NCBI RefSeq assembly: GCF_009914755.1 | Contig: NC_060930.1 | Reading direction: 5' to 3' (one strand) | From: the human T2T-CHM13v2.0 reference genome, Homo sapiens | DNA: 64,000 bases | Part shown: in pieces, positions 49,701-64,000 of the stretch | How positions within the stretch are numbered: the stretch's first letter is position 1 | How the letters are laid out: each line of letters opens with the position of its first letter | Made by a program: the position numbers and the translations under genes | Notes under the pieces: generated by a model | Seen by the model: only the letters and a program-made list of their open reading frames with translations | Told to the model about the DNA's origin: nothing | Databases searched by the model: none

Positions 49701-50496
49701 CAGGAGCCAGCTGTCAACATGAGTGGAGAGACTCCAGGGGACCTGGCTGCAGAGGCAGGGAGGGAAGGTAGGTCCAGATGCCTCTTTTAGTTGTGGCTGG
49801 GGTCAGGAGTGGTGGCTACAGAGCAGAGCTGACACAGCAGGATGGGCCTGAAAGGTGGGAGAGGACCCAGAAAGTGGGTCTTAAAGGAAGTCCCGACTTG
49901 GATTTTCAGCCAGCTCTCAACTACATGCACACGGATTATGCACTTTGCAGACGACCCGAGGCAAATGTGCAGTCGTTGGTTAGCTCTCTCCTTGCCACCA
50001 CCAGGCTAAAGGCAACGGAAGACAAGACAGCCAGGACCAGGAGAGAAGATGTGGGGATTAGGACCAGATAAGGAGACAAATGTCAAGAAGATTCTAGAAG
50101 TGTAAGGGCCAGAACTGGGCAAGCAGTTGGGAGCTCAAGTGCCCAGAAGCCTGGAATGGTGGTTCCAGGTAAGTGAGTGGTAAGGAGCATGGGCTATAAT
50201 CAGTGCCCCTGGCTCTGTCACTCACTTGTGGTATGACTGGGCAACTCCCTTAGTTCTGTGCTCAGTTGACTCACGTGTAAAACAAAGATAACCACATTTC
50301 ATATTTCAAAGAGTTTTGTGAGGATGACGTGGAGCCAACAGGTAAGATGCCCAGAACATGCTTTACATGGTCAGAGTTCAGTAAGTGTTTGCTATCTTTA
50401 TTATCAGAGAGTGGTTTGCACTAGATCTTTGGAGAATAAAAGAAAACCTGGTTAGTCCATGGCAAGAGTAAGAGAAGGTGATAGAAGCAGGGGTGT

Positions 50497-50914
<418 letters not shown>

Positions 50915-53900
50915 TCAGCAGGGAGGGCCCCCAGGGTAGATGTCAGAACAACAACAGGCCACAGGCCAGCTCGCTCCGCTTACTCCAGACATGGCATGGT
51001 GGGAACCTTGCGATCCTTCCCTGGGACAAAGCTGGGGTGGGCCTCTGGAGCCAGGGCCAGGTTGCAGACATGGCACCTGGTAGAATCCTAGCGTGAGAGG
51101 CCTGGAGCCATGTCCAAGGTGGAACAGCCTGGGGGCGGTCTGGGCATCAGTGGGCATCTGAGGAAATGTGGAACAGCAGGTGAGGCCCAGCAGCCAGAGC
51201 CAGGGCTCACTCACACCATGGTTCTAGGCAGCCTGAAGAGGCCCCGTGGAAGGGATCCCACCAAGCCCAGTAGGAAGGGAAAGTTATACTCTGAAGGCCA
51301 CAGGGGCTCCCAGGACTCCTGCCCGACAGGCTGCATAGTAGGGCCAGCTGGCAGGAAGAGGCATGCCTGGCTCAGGGGCCAGGACTTGCCTGGAGCTATC
51401 AGGGGGCAGCACTTACGGCTGTGACTGTGACCGGCAAAGTAGAGACAGCCAAGGCAGAGACCTAGACGGCACAGTGTGGGGGCAGAGAGCAGGTGCCCCC
51501 TGCTGTACAATAACATTAAGAACCACCCGTGCATTATATTTACACTCAGAAAACCAAGGTCAATTTTTACATGGGGAAAAAGCACTGTGTCCCAGTCACT
51601 GAGATGAGTCAGCAGGGGGCACAGGGCTGCGATCTGCAGGGGCTTTGGGGACCCCAGGAAGTAAGAGAGGCGATGGTATGAACCCACTGTCAGCCAGCAC
51701 ACTGCTTCCTGGCATCTGGCCCAGCCTGAGCCCTGGGGAGGCGCTGTGTGAAGCCCTGTGTGAGCGGTCCAGGGGCCCAAGGAACAGGTTGGAGAGTGTG
51801 AAGGGTGTCCTGGGGAAAGTCTGTTCTTTACCCAGAGACCAGCAGTGGCTAAAAACTGCCTGGGGGGATGGCTGGGGAGTCTGCCTAGGCAGGGGAGACA
51901 CAGAGCACAAAGGAAGAGGGGAGGAGGAAGGAAAAAGAGGCATATGAGGCAGGGAATGGAGAAGGAGCATCCCTCAGGTAGACAGGTGGGAAAGGCCCCA
52001 GGGGAGGCCTTAGGGAGTGGGACCCAACAAGTCCGTTCTTTTAACAGAAAAGCCCCGTAGTGATGCTGCCTAAATTACTGAGAACTGCTGCTTCTCAGTA
52101 TCAGAGCCTGGGGCAGGGAATTGAGGCCTGCTGGGTGAAGGAGTGAGCTCAGCGAGGAGACCCATGAGACCAAAGGCCCTCCACAGAGGGGGTGTTCTGT
52201 GCAGAAGAATGAGAAGATCTAAAGTCAGCCCAGCAGTCAAGGCTGCAGAGGCTGTGTTGTAGGCCTGAGGGGTGCTGGGGACAAGGCCCTAGCCAAGTAG
52301 GGCCGTCAATCCTGCTGGCAGGTGCCAAGAGCAGAAAGGGCTTCTTCATGCCCAGCGGCAGGGGCAGGGACTCTTCCTGCAGCCTCCCTGAGAGCCCATC
52401 AGACAGATGCAGCTCCAAGCACCCGGGCCTGGAGTTCAGCAGCCCCCAGGCAGATAAGCAAACTCCCCTCTGCAGCCTGACTTGGGGAATATCACCTTAT
52501 TCTGGGAGCTTTAAGGAAGTCTCCCTGGGGTCCTATATGCCATAAAACCACTGTGTTAAGAGAAACTGTAAAATTCGTGTGAAATCCCCGCGAGGCATCT
52601 TTTCAGGAGTGTAGGCCCTCTCAGAATCAGAGCCCCACGGAGGCCTCACTGGGGGCAGGGAATTTCGTGCCAGCTCATGCACAGATAACTGCCCCAGCAT
52701 CCTGGCCAGGTCAGCTGATGGGGTGCCAGCTCCACGGCTAGCTGCTGTTGGGGGCCTCATATGCAGCTTTTCTGCCAACAAGCACGAGACAGTTCGAGCC
52801 ACAGGCTACCGTTCACTCTATTCTCCTACTGAATGGTGTTCCCACAGAGCATCTAGACAGCCGGGGAGGTGGCTCTCTGCCCACTCCCTAATGAACCACT
52901 GTCTAGGGCCAGACCTGTTTCTGGGAAAGGGCAGAAGGCACCCCCGGGGCCTGGTGCTGGGCTACACAGGCCACTCTGCTTTCTGATTTAGGAAGCTGTT
53001 TGCTGTCTCTCCGGCTTTACTCTTGGGAGCTTCTGGCCAGCGAGTGACAGGTTTGCTACAGGGTCAGGCAGTGGTAATGGGGCATACACTGCACCTGGCT
53101 GGACAGGTCCTTACTGGGCACTCAGACCTTCCAATAAAGAGCGTGGTGCCAGGGTAGCTGAGCCGAGCCAAGTCACAGAGTCTCCAGTGTCTGCATGACA
53201 GCATGAGTGTAAGCAGCCTCTGGAAACCAAAAGTCCCAGCAAAATGGAACCACAACAGTGACAGCAGCAGCAACACTTCTGTAGTCTGTGCTGTGTGCCA
53301 GGCACTGACCTACATGCTTTACACCGATTAACTCACATAATGCTCGCAAGAACCCTGTGAGGTGGGCAGTATTATCAGCATCCACATTTGACAGATGAGG
53401 GGACTCAGACATAGGTAACTGTCCAGGGTCACACAGGCATTAAGTCCGGGAGCTGGGCAGCCACGTCTGTGCCCTTAACCACCATGCCACATGGAGAAGG
53501 CAGCGCTCATCAGCTCTGAGGGACTCCTAGCTCCTGGGCACAACCTCCACACCTTACCCCTGGAGCTGGGCAGGTTGTGGGCAGCTTCCTGTGTCTGCAA
53601 CCGCCCTGCAAGGAAGGGCCCATCTCCATCTTACAGAGGTGCAAGCTCCCTTGCAGAGGTTTTCAGCACCTTGCCCAAGGTCGTGTAACTGGGAAGGGGC
53701 AGAATTGAAGCCTGAATCTGGGTTTTTCTGCTTCAGGGCTTATGCTCTTTCCACCACTTCAAGCTCTTTCTCCAAAATCCCTCATGAAAACATTCATGAC
53801 AAGAGTTCTGCAGAACAGTCATTCCACATCCCAGCTGAAGCCCATCTAAGCTTGCTGATCTGGCTTCAACAGATTCTCTACTCGGAATAATCTTGTACAA

Positions 53901-55601
53901 GGCTCTGCTCAGTTTCTGTCTACATAACAGATACTCTCTGTGAGGGAAAGCCCTCATTGAAATTTGTTTGTTGAGACAGAGGAGACAGGAGCCCAGCGTC
54001 TGCCCTTACACTGGGCCAACTCAATGAGCTTCACAAACATCCCAGGCATTTTGCCCCAGATCACCTCGACTGTCAAAGCATCCTCCAAAATTCACACAAA
54101 ACAGATCCAGTTTGGAGAAGGAAAAAGGTGGGCTACTTGGGCCTGATAAACCCTTCTTTCCCCAGCAGTACCGAAGCCTTCCCTTTCACTTGCTAATTCA
54201 CAGCCTGGAGAGTGGTGTCAGCTGTTTCATCTCCAGCCCCAGCAGCCTGGGAACTGGATTTTTGAAAATTCACTCATTTTCACACGTCAGGAGACCCCAG
54301 GACATTTATTATAATGGGTAAAGCAGCCAAGTGCCTGCCCAGATGGTCTCTGGCAAGAGTGCAGGGGCTTTCCATTTGGAGCCTTCAGGCTCCACAGCAA
54401 GTCACACGGGGTTCTTAGGCCTCAATTTTCCAGGTGACAAGCCTCAAACCCCAAGGGGCCCATTATCCCCACATCGTTTAAGGGATGTTTTTCTGTGGAG
54501 GCGGCTCACAGAGCTCTGTGGGGGCAGAAAAACCTCCGCCCATGGCTCCCCACATCAACAGGCCCTGTAAGGATTTCTCTCGCAGGTTGTGCAGCTGAAG
54601 ACGGCAGACCTTCCCAGTTTTTAATCAATGAACAATTTTCAGGAAGAGCAGGGAGAGCCTAGGGGCTTGTCGCTCGCCTGGACACACCCCCATGCCAGGT
54701 CAGAAAGGCGAGGGAACCGCTGCAGCCCACGCGAGTCCCGACGCCTTCCCGCGAGGAGACGGAGGCCGAGCCAGCCTTGCAAGTTAGCGCCCGAGCCAGT
54801 CCGCGCCCGAAGATGCCAGCTGTCCCTGGGCCGGAAGGTGGTGTGGGGTTTGTTTTGTCTTCTTTCCCCCCGATATCTATTTTTTGATAAACTAGCAAAA
54901 GCTTGTTCATCGCTGAAAGGCTCAAAGCACTTTTCAAGAACTGGCATCCACCCCGAGCCTTATGAATTCATTAATTAAGATGCTGGCAGACAGCCACTCC
55001 ACACACGCCGCCATCCAGCCGCGCTAGGTAATGAGGTTTTAGTCTCCTGACCCCCGTCAAGTGGCGCAGAGCCAGATGTAGGCTGCCGCGAGAAATCACC
55101 TGCCCAATGGCGACCTGTCGCTCTCGCCTGGCAGCAGGTGAGGCTCATTTAATGGTCAGCGGCCCCTGAACAGTCCTCTGCGTGCTGCGAGCCTTTCTCC
55201 CAGCCCCTGGCTTGGGGTTCAGGGTCCCAGCAAGGTGGCGTCTAACCGCCTGCTCTACTGTGACCTCCACTCAACTGGGCCCAGACGTCAGGGTGGAAGG
55301 TTCAATGCCTCCTCCTGCCAATCGAGCCAGTTCAGCAAATATTTATTGACAGTCCACTCACCTGCTCCTAGCCCTTGTCTCAGGAAAGTGGGAGGTTCCC
55401 CTGAGCCCTGTGCACAGCCTGCTCCAGAGCGGAGACCGTCTTCAGCCACACTTGGTGCTTCTGCCTGCCCTGCCCCACGGAGGCTACTGCAGTGGCTGGC
55501 ACCATACAAATAACCACAAGCGTCAAGCCTTCCGGTGCTCTTCCTGGCCTAGGCCATTCTCTCCCCTCAGCCTACCACTTCTCATGGTCAGTGATCCTGC
55601 C

Positions 55602-55907
<306 letters not shown>

Positions 55908-56049
55908 GATCCTGCCCTCTTTTTCTGGTAAGGATTCCAGTGAATTTTCAATGACTCCCATTAGCATTTATTCCTTACAGCAGATACTGTCAACTGGCCA
56001 ACACAACACCGACTCCCCACCCCTGCTCCTTTGCCCACCTCTACTCCAG

Positions 56050-56752
<703 letters not shown>

Positions 56753-57706
56753 AACTTTCTGTACTAGGGGTCAGATCCAACCAAGTTATCCACTTTAGGA
56801 TACCGGCTAAGACACCACACATCTGTTAACTCAAGACCAACTGGTCACTGAAACATCTAAAGACACCAGTTTGAACAGTCCAGCTACAAAAGAAAAGTGC
56901 AATGACAAAGGAACAGCTCATTACCATCAGAGATCCGAAAACACAAACAGGTTTTACATCAGTCAAAATTCTCCTATCAGTTTAGACTGAAATTCAACCT
57001 TTCCTTCCTCCCACACAACATTAAAATCAGTACTGGGTGGGTGATTTCTCATTTGAACTATAATTTTCTTTTCTTATTAAGAATGAAATCTCAGAAGCTA
57101 AAACTCACAGTTTTTTCCAACTCTGAGATCTCATATGGTGGCAAATGAATTGGATAAAAAGACCTCAAAAGGAACCACTTTGAGGGGGAGGCTAGAGGGT
57201 GCCCTGGTTGTCCTAAGAGGTGGCTGCTTATACAGCTGGCCCAAGCCAGCCCTAAGGGTGAGTGCTGCCTGCTTGGTAATTGCTTCATTACAAGTGGAGA
57301 CTGTTTGCAGGTGCTGAGATCACTCACTTGTGGGGGTTTTATTGCACTCGTCAGATTAACAAACATTTTTGATTAAATCACCACTTCATTGGCTCTGAGC
57401 ACACAACTTTTAATAAGAGGACAATATCTACTGCTACTGAGCATCAGTGCACATTCAATACTCAGACCCGCTGGGGGCAACTGAGAAGCAAGGTGGGGAG
57501 ACAGCCAGCCAGATGTCAGGCTTTTTCCAAGGCACACGGTTACAGATGTCAAATCTTCGAATATCCAAGCAAAAAGTAAACTTAGGGACCAAGATAGCAA
57601 ATATAAACATCTACCGTGGTATGGAGAGGGTAAAACAATGGAATCTGCCCCAGTATAAGGCACTTGGAGAATACATGCCCCACCAAGTTTAAAAACGTAA
57701 AAATCC

Positions 57707-58013
57707 GGCCGAGTGTGGTGGCTCACGCCTGTAATCCCAGCACTTTGGGAGGCCGAGGCGGGCGGATCACTTGAGGTCAGGAGTTCAAGACCAGCTGGCC
57801 AACATGGTGAAACCCCGTCTCTACTAAAAATACAAAACTTAGCTGGGCATGGTGGTGCACGCCTGTAGTCTCAGCTTCTCGGGAGGCTAAGGCACGAGAA
57901 TTGCTTGAACCCGGGAGGCTGGAGGCTGCAGTGAGCTGAGATCATGCCGCTGCACTACAGCCTGGGCAACAGAGCAAGACCCTGTCTAAAAATAAAATAA
58001 AATAAAATAAAAA
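57707..58013 (+). mobile_element. Alu
   Basis: Sense Alu with (AAAAT)n tail. Confidence 0.92.
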
Positions 58014-58623
58014 CTTAAAAGTCTGTCAGCCAAACAGAAGACATCTGTGATCTGTATTTGGGCCATAGTCAAGGAGTTTGTAACCCCTGGTGAAATTCAA
58101 GTCCTTCATGTTATAGATGAGTGAACGAATGCCCAAGAACGAGTTTGACTTAGCCATGGTGGAAGGATGCAAAAGAAATACAAAGGCTGGAGCTACCATG
58201 TATTGATTACCAATCCGGTGCCAGGCACGTGCTGGGCACTTAACGCAATGTCTCATTTAATCCTCACAACCACACTGTGAGGTGAGGTGCCATCTGTAGT
58301 GAGACTACAGGCTGTCTGTGAAAACACACTGGTCTCTTCCTCCATAGTAAGCAAACAGTAGCTGGCTATGTGGCCTCCTGACTGGTGAACGCATTTCCCT
58401 GATCCCTTGCAGTCAGGTGGGGTTTTAGTTCTTGCCAATGGAAAGTGGACAGTTTGGGCCCAGGACAGTGGGTGTGCTTCCTCCATTCTCCTCTTTCTCT
58501 GCCGGTGGACACATCAGTGGGGTATGCCCCGGTTCCACTGATAAGGTGACAAGATCTCAAGAGATGGTGAAGCCACAGAGGAAGGGAATCTGGCAGAACC
58601 ACCATAGACCTGGTACTCTAGAC

Positions 58624-59818
58624 CAGGAGTTGGCAACTAAGCCCTGTGGCCAAATGGTCTAAGGACTGTTCTTGCAGATAAAGCTTTAGTGGAACACTGA
58701 CACACCCACTTATTTACATATTCCTTCATTTACATACTCCTACCTTAGCCTGAATACAGTTGGTTCTTGTTGTTCCTGGTAGCTATGTCCTATAAAGTTG
58801 CCTCTAATATTGAATTAGCAAATACCAAACCAGGTGAGGTTCCTGCAAGCCTATGGACACAACATTTTTGCAACCTTGTTTCATGTGTGATTCTGTTTAA
58901 AGTGACCTTATTCAATATATATTGTTGATTCATTAACACTGGACTCACAACCAACAGCACTATACGTGCTGTTACATCATGAGTTATATCATGCCTGAAC
59001 AGTTTATCTAAAAAACCTGTTTTCTTCTACAACACATCACAGCCTTCTTGGATTTAGGAATGCCAGACAGCACTTCAGCCCTATGCTTGGGGTCGGGGGT
59101 CGGGGGTCGGGGATCGGGGGCACTTTAAACAGCAAAATCAGGCAGTGGCTCACACCTCTAATCCCAGCACTTTGGGAGGCCGAGGTGGGCAGATCACCTA
59201 AGGTCAGGAGTTCGAGACCAGCCTGGCCGACATGGCAAGACCCCCGTCTTTACCAAAAATACAAAAATTAGCCGGATGTGGTGGTGGTCTAATCCTGGCT
59301 ACTAGAGAGGCTGTGTCGGGGGAAGGTGGGGGTGAACACTTGAATGGGAGGTGGAGGTTGCAGAGCCAAGAGTGCACCACTACACTCCAGCCTGGGCGAG
59401 AGTGAGATTCTGTCTCAAAAGCAACACACAGCGAAATACCAATAAAAAACATGAGAATGAAAAAAACAAAACAAAACAAAAACAGGGCACTAAATAGAAC
59501 ACAATAAGGACCCTTGTTTACAGTAGGACAGCTGAAACAAGGCAGGGCATCATCACCTGTTCAACTTTAGCTGAGAACATGGACTGCGAGCGACTCAATT
59601 TTTTTCCCACTGCTTTGCATTTGCCACAAAAGCACTGTGAGTACTGATTTTGGGGTTACAAATACATTTTAGCCATTAGGGAAATTCGCAAATGTGGAAT
59701 CCGTGAATAATGAGGATCAACTGTAGTTGCAACCCAGACCATTTGGCTCTCTAGAAGAGACCATGTCTCTTCTAAAATAGTTACTATCTGACCATTTGCA
59801 GACATCTCCTGCCCCTTG
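58624..59818. mobile_element. MER58-like hAT element interrupted by a Tigger-family element
   Basis: 8-bp TSD ctctagac / ctctagcc at 58616-58623 / 59819-59826. Confidence 0.6.
58757..59723. mobile_element. MER82-like TcMar-Tigger element containing an Alu (59141-59420)
   Basis: TA|cagttggttcttgttgttc ... gaataatgaggatcaactg|TA terminal inverted repeats with TA TSD. Confidence 0.7.
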
Positions 59819-60101
59819 CTCTAGCCTGTTAGAAAAAAACTCACTTTCTTGTTCTTGAAGCCACCGAGTTTTGGAGTTTCTCTGTTACTGCAGCTTATTG
59901 TACCCTAATGCAGGTTACAAAGTCTATGTTCTTCCCGCCACAAAGTACCATCTCAGTCACCACTCATAAACCATCCTCTTCACATTTCCATCAACCTTTT
60001 TCCTACCAAGTGGGCCAATATTTCTCAAGGGATGCCACTAAAACTACCCACATCACCATGGGGTGTGTGTGGCTTGTAAAAAAAAAAAAAATGCAGATTC
60101 T

Positions 60102-60409
<308 letters not shown>

Positions 60410-61169
60410 TTAAGAATGCACATCAAAGTCCTACTGAATTACTCGGGGTGTGGGAAGAGTTCAACTCTCCATTTTTAACAAGCCCTGTGACTCTATGCAT
60501 GCTAAAGTTTGAGAATCACTGAACTCACTAGTAAGCCTGAAGAAGACTATGACCCTGTACCTCTCCTGCAACCTCCGGGAGGATGCCCTAAGGGAAGGAA
60601 AACAGGGGAAGCAAGATGAATTTCCAGGAAGACCACCTGTGCTTGATTCCCAGGCTCCACCACTTCCACCATCTCAGCCTGGGTTCCACCTGGAACCTCA
60701 ATTTCCTCATCTGTACAAACCTCACAGGCTTGCAGTGAGGATTAACAATGCAATGAAAGTAGCACATAGCGGTTGCTCAGTATGTATGTTTTCTTTCCCT
60801 TCTATATGCAGCAAATTATTTTTAAGCCATTCAGTGACATCACCAATTCCAGAATTCTCTTTACATATTCCCAAAGTAATTTTGAAGGTACAAGCTTCCA
60901 TACTCCGGAGGAAAAATTTCCCCTTTTAGAGGATATTTAAACCATTAATAATATACACCAGAATGGGCTCCCTCATCTTTGAGTCCTAGCCCTTTGGGAG
61001 TTCTCCTTAGATTCTACAGGTCCCTATTTCTCTGGGGTCTCCCTCACCTCTGTACCCATCCCTTTTGTTCTGTGTCCCCCGCTTTGAGTTCCCTCACTTC
61101 TATGCCAGGCCGTCTTTGGGGCTCCCCTTCACTTCCATGTCTCTTCCTCTCTGGAGATGCCCTCTCCAG

Positions 61170-61600
61170 AGAGTCTGGTTCGCCCATCCGGCACCTCCTC
61201 GGGCTCCCTGTCCTCCGGGAACCCCGTGGGCCTTCTCACCCCTCCCGTCCCTCTCCCCAAACCGCGTCGCCCTCTCATCCTACGCTTGGCTCCTCCTCCT
61301 ATCTATAGCCCAGCCTATCCCTTATCCCGCGGCCAGGAGAAGGCAACTAACGAGGTGGCCCAACCCCCACTTTTCCCCTCACCTCTAGAGCGACGCCCAG
61401 ATTCTCCCGCTTCTTTTTAGTCATGTTACTTGCCGGGATCCCCCAGTCATCACTGGACGCGCCCACCAAGTCGCTATGTGCGCATGCTCAAGTCTTCGTG
61501 CTTCTCCCTCATTGGCCACCGAGTCAGCGGGAGGTGGGGCTGCTGCCGTCGCCATCTTGTTGAGGGGCGCGGCCGGCTTGGTGCGGACATGTTTATGAGG
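61170..61600 (-). promoter_or_regulatory. CpG-island promoter of CCDC167
   Basis: CpG-dense; NRF1-like TGCGCATGC at 61479, CCAAT (minus) at 61511-61515, YY1-like CGCCATCTT at 61550. Confidence 0.8.
61383..61424 (-). CDS. CCDC167: CCDC167 exon 1, coding part
   Basis: ATG at 61424; MTKKKRENLGVALE|gtgagg; the four exons total 294 nt = 97 aa + stop. Confidence 0.92.
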
Positions 61601-62289
61601 GGCAACCTCTAGCTTGAGACCTCAGCCTAGATGGGTGGAGGGTGGAAAAGTCGGTACAGGGAGGCAGAATGTACAGCCCGGGAGTAGACCTGCCCCTTTC
61701 TTCCCCAGTTTTAAGCCGCTTTGCATCACTGAGAGCCTTTTTTAACCCCATGTTCTCTTTCAGTGTGTTTTGTGTTTCAGCAACAACCCCGTCCCTGTTT
61801 AGGCCACGCCCCCCATTCAAAGTCTGTCCATCCTTCAAGGCCGGTGCTGGAGCCTTGAGCTTCTCGGCCAATGGAATCTGATAATGGCCCTCTATTGTTA
61901 TTTCTCCTTTGTGTCTTGACTTCTTTTTTTTTTTTTTTTTGGTTTGTTTTATTGTAAGAACAACCTACAAACATCACAGAAAACATATAACTGAGAAGCA
62001 GCATCCTTTATTCTACCAACTTTATCAGTTCCTCTTTGCTTCTGTTTATTCCTCCCAGGCTTGGCCTCACACACAGTATTTTACATTGTTGTAATCGTAC
62101 TATACTGTACACCATAGACCCACGGCCTTTGAAATGTTTTGACTGTGACCCTACGATAAAAAAATGTATTTTATACCATGGCCCAGTTACCCATGAAATC
62201 AAAACCAAAGTTTCACAGTAAGTACCTTTACCTCCTGTAATGCACTCTGTTATTTTGTATTCTTGCCTATTTAATTAAAAAAAAACAAA

Positions 62290-63238
<949 letters not shown>

Positions 63239-64000
63239 TCATGACCCCTTAATGGAGGTTGAACTGCAATTTGAAAAACACTGCCAAGTATGTTTTTCTG
63301 TGTCTTTGAAATTATCACTTGCGGTGGCCTCATGTGCCACCAAGGGAGTCTCTCGCATTCTTGCATTGGACATCATTTTATTGACAGTAACTCCAAATAT
63401 TGCGAAAGCAAACCTTTTCGTGCACACAGCTCTGTCCTCTGGATTCTTTCTTTAAGATAAATTCACAGAAGTAGAATTACTAGGTCAAAGAGTATGAGAC
63501 CAGAATCAAAGCTCCTTATTTCCTGACCAGTTATCTCTGTTGGTGCCTGTGTTTTTGTATGTGAATAATAACCCCAACTCAGTGTTAGGGGGAAAAATGT
63601 TTTCAGATCTGTGTTCTCTTCTTGATAGAGACATTGAGTGATGGAGCTGGAAGGCGTCTGAGATACCATCTCGCCTGGCTGCCTGACTGAGGCCCACAGA
63701 GAGAGAGTGTAGTAAATTCTATCTGAACAGGAAGCAGGTTGTTGAGCAGTTGTTTAGTGCAGTTCTCAGCTTAACACCCAGCACAGGAAAAACTGATTCA
63801 AGAACATTGTCCATCAACTGTCAATCAACATTTATTGTCAGAACACTCTTCACAGCATTGGTTCCAATCCCGGAAAAACCAGACTCTGTGCTTCCCAATT
63901 ATCACAGGCACCGGCCCAGGAGAGGTGAGAAGAGGAAGAAAAACACTGTGTTCTTTGAGAAGTGACTCCTTCTGCATTTGTTTGGCACCAAGAAAAAGCC

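Noticed and set aside
51211-51780. 189-aa minus-strand ORF in CCDC167 intron 1
   Set aside because: Non-ATG start, unremarkable composition, no homology I recognise
52076-52100. 9-bp hairpin tactgagaa...ttctcagta
   Set aside because: Short enough to be expected by chance in 64 kb
63333-63350. CTCF-like tgccaccaagggagtc
   Set aside because: The 3' half departs from the GGCGC consensus; too weak without ChIP data

Overview
Primate, almost certainly human, genomic DNA from the CMTR1-CCDC167 locus (6p21.2 from recall). The + strand carries 22 consecutive coding exons of the mRNA cap1 2'-O-methyltransferase CMTR1 (5502-41686). They join in frame through GT-AG introns to give 2375 nt of CDS; the start codon lies upstream of the window. 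The CMTR1 3'UTR ends near an ATTAAA at 43027. The - strand carries the complete 4-exon, 97-aa CCDC167 gene (ATG 61424, stop 44727, AATAAA 44493), convergent with CMTR1, with a CpG-island promoter around 61200-61600. The rest is intronic or intergenic and rich in Alu, old L1, MIR, MLT1 and DNA-transposon fragments. The most notable observations are: (1) an LTR12/ERV9 solo LTR with a 4-bp TSD inserted inside an Alu about 0.9 kb upstream of the CCDC167 ATG and co-oriented with it; (2) a uORF whose stop overlaps the CCDC167 start codon (AUGA); (3) CMTR1 exons that rebuild a 5' splice site after splicing; (4) paired CTCF-like motifs; and (5) multi-layer transposon nests. I see no evidence of a wholly new gene system. 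Most other ORF-track entries are Alu-derived or chance. Exon numbers assume two upstream exons outside the window, and residue numbers assume 44 codons +1 nt upstream (both from recall). Repeat boundaries and family names were read by eye and are approximate.
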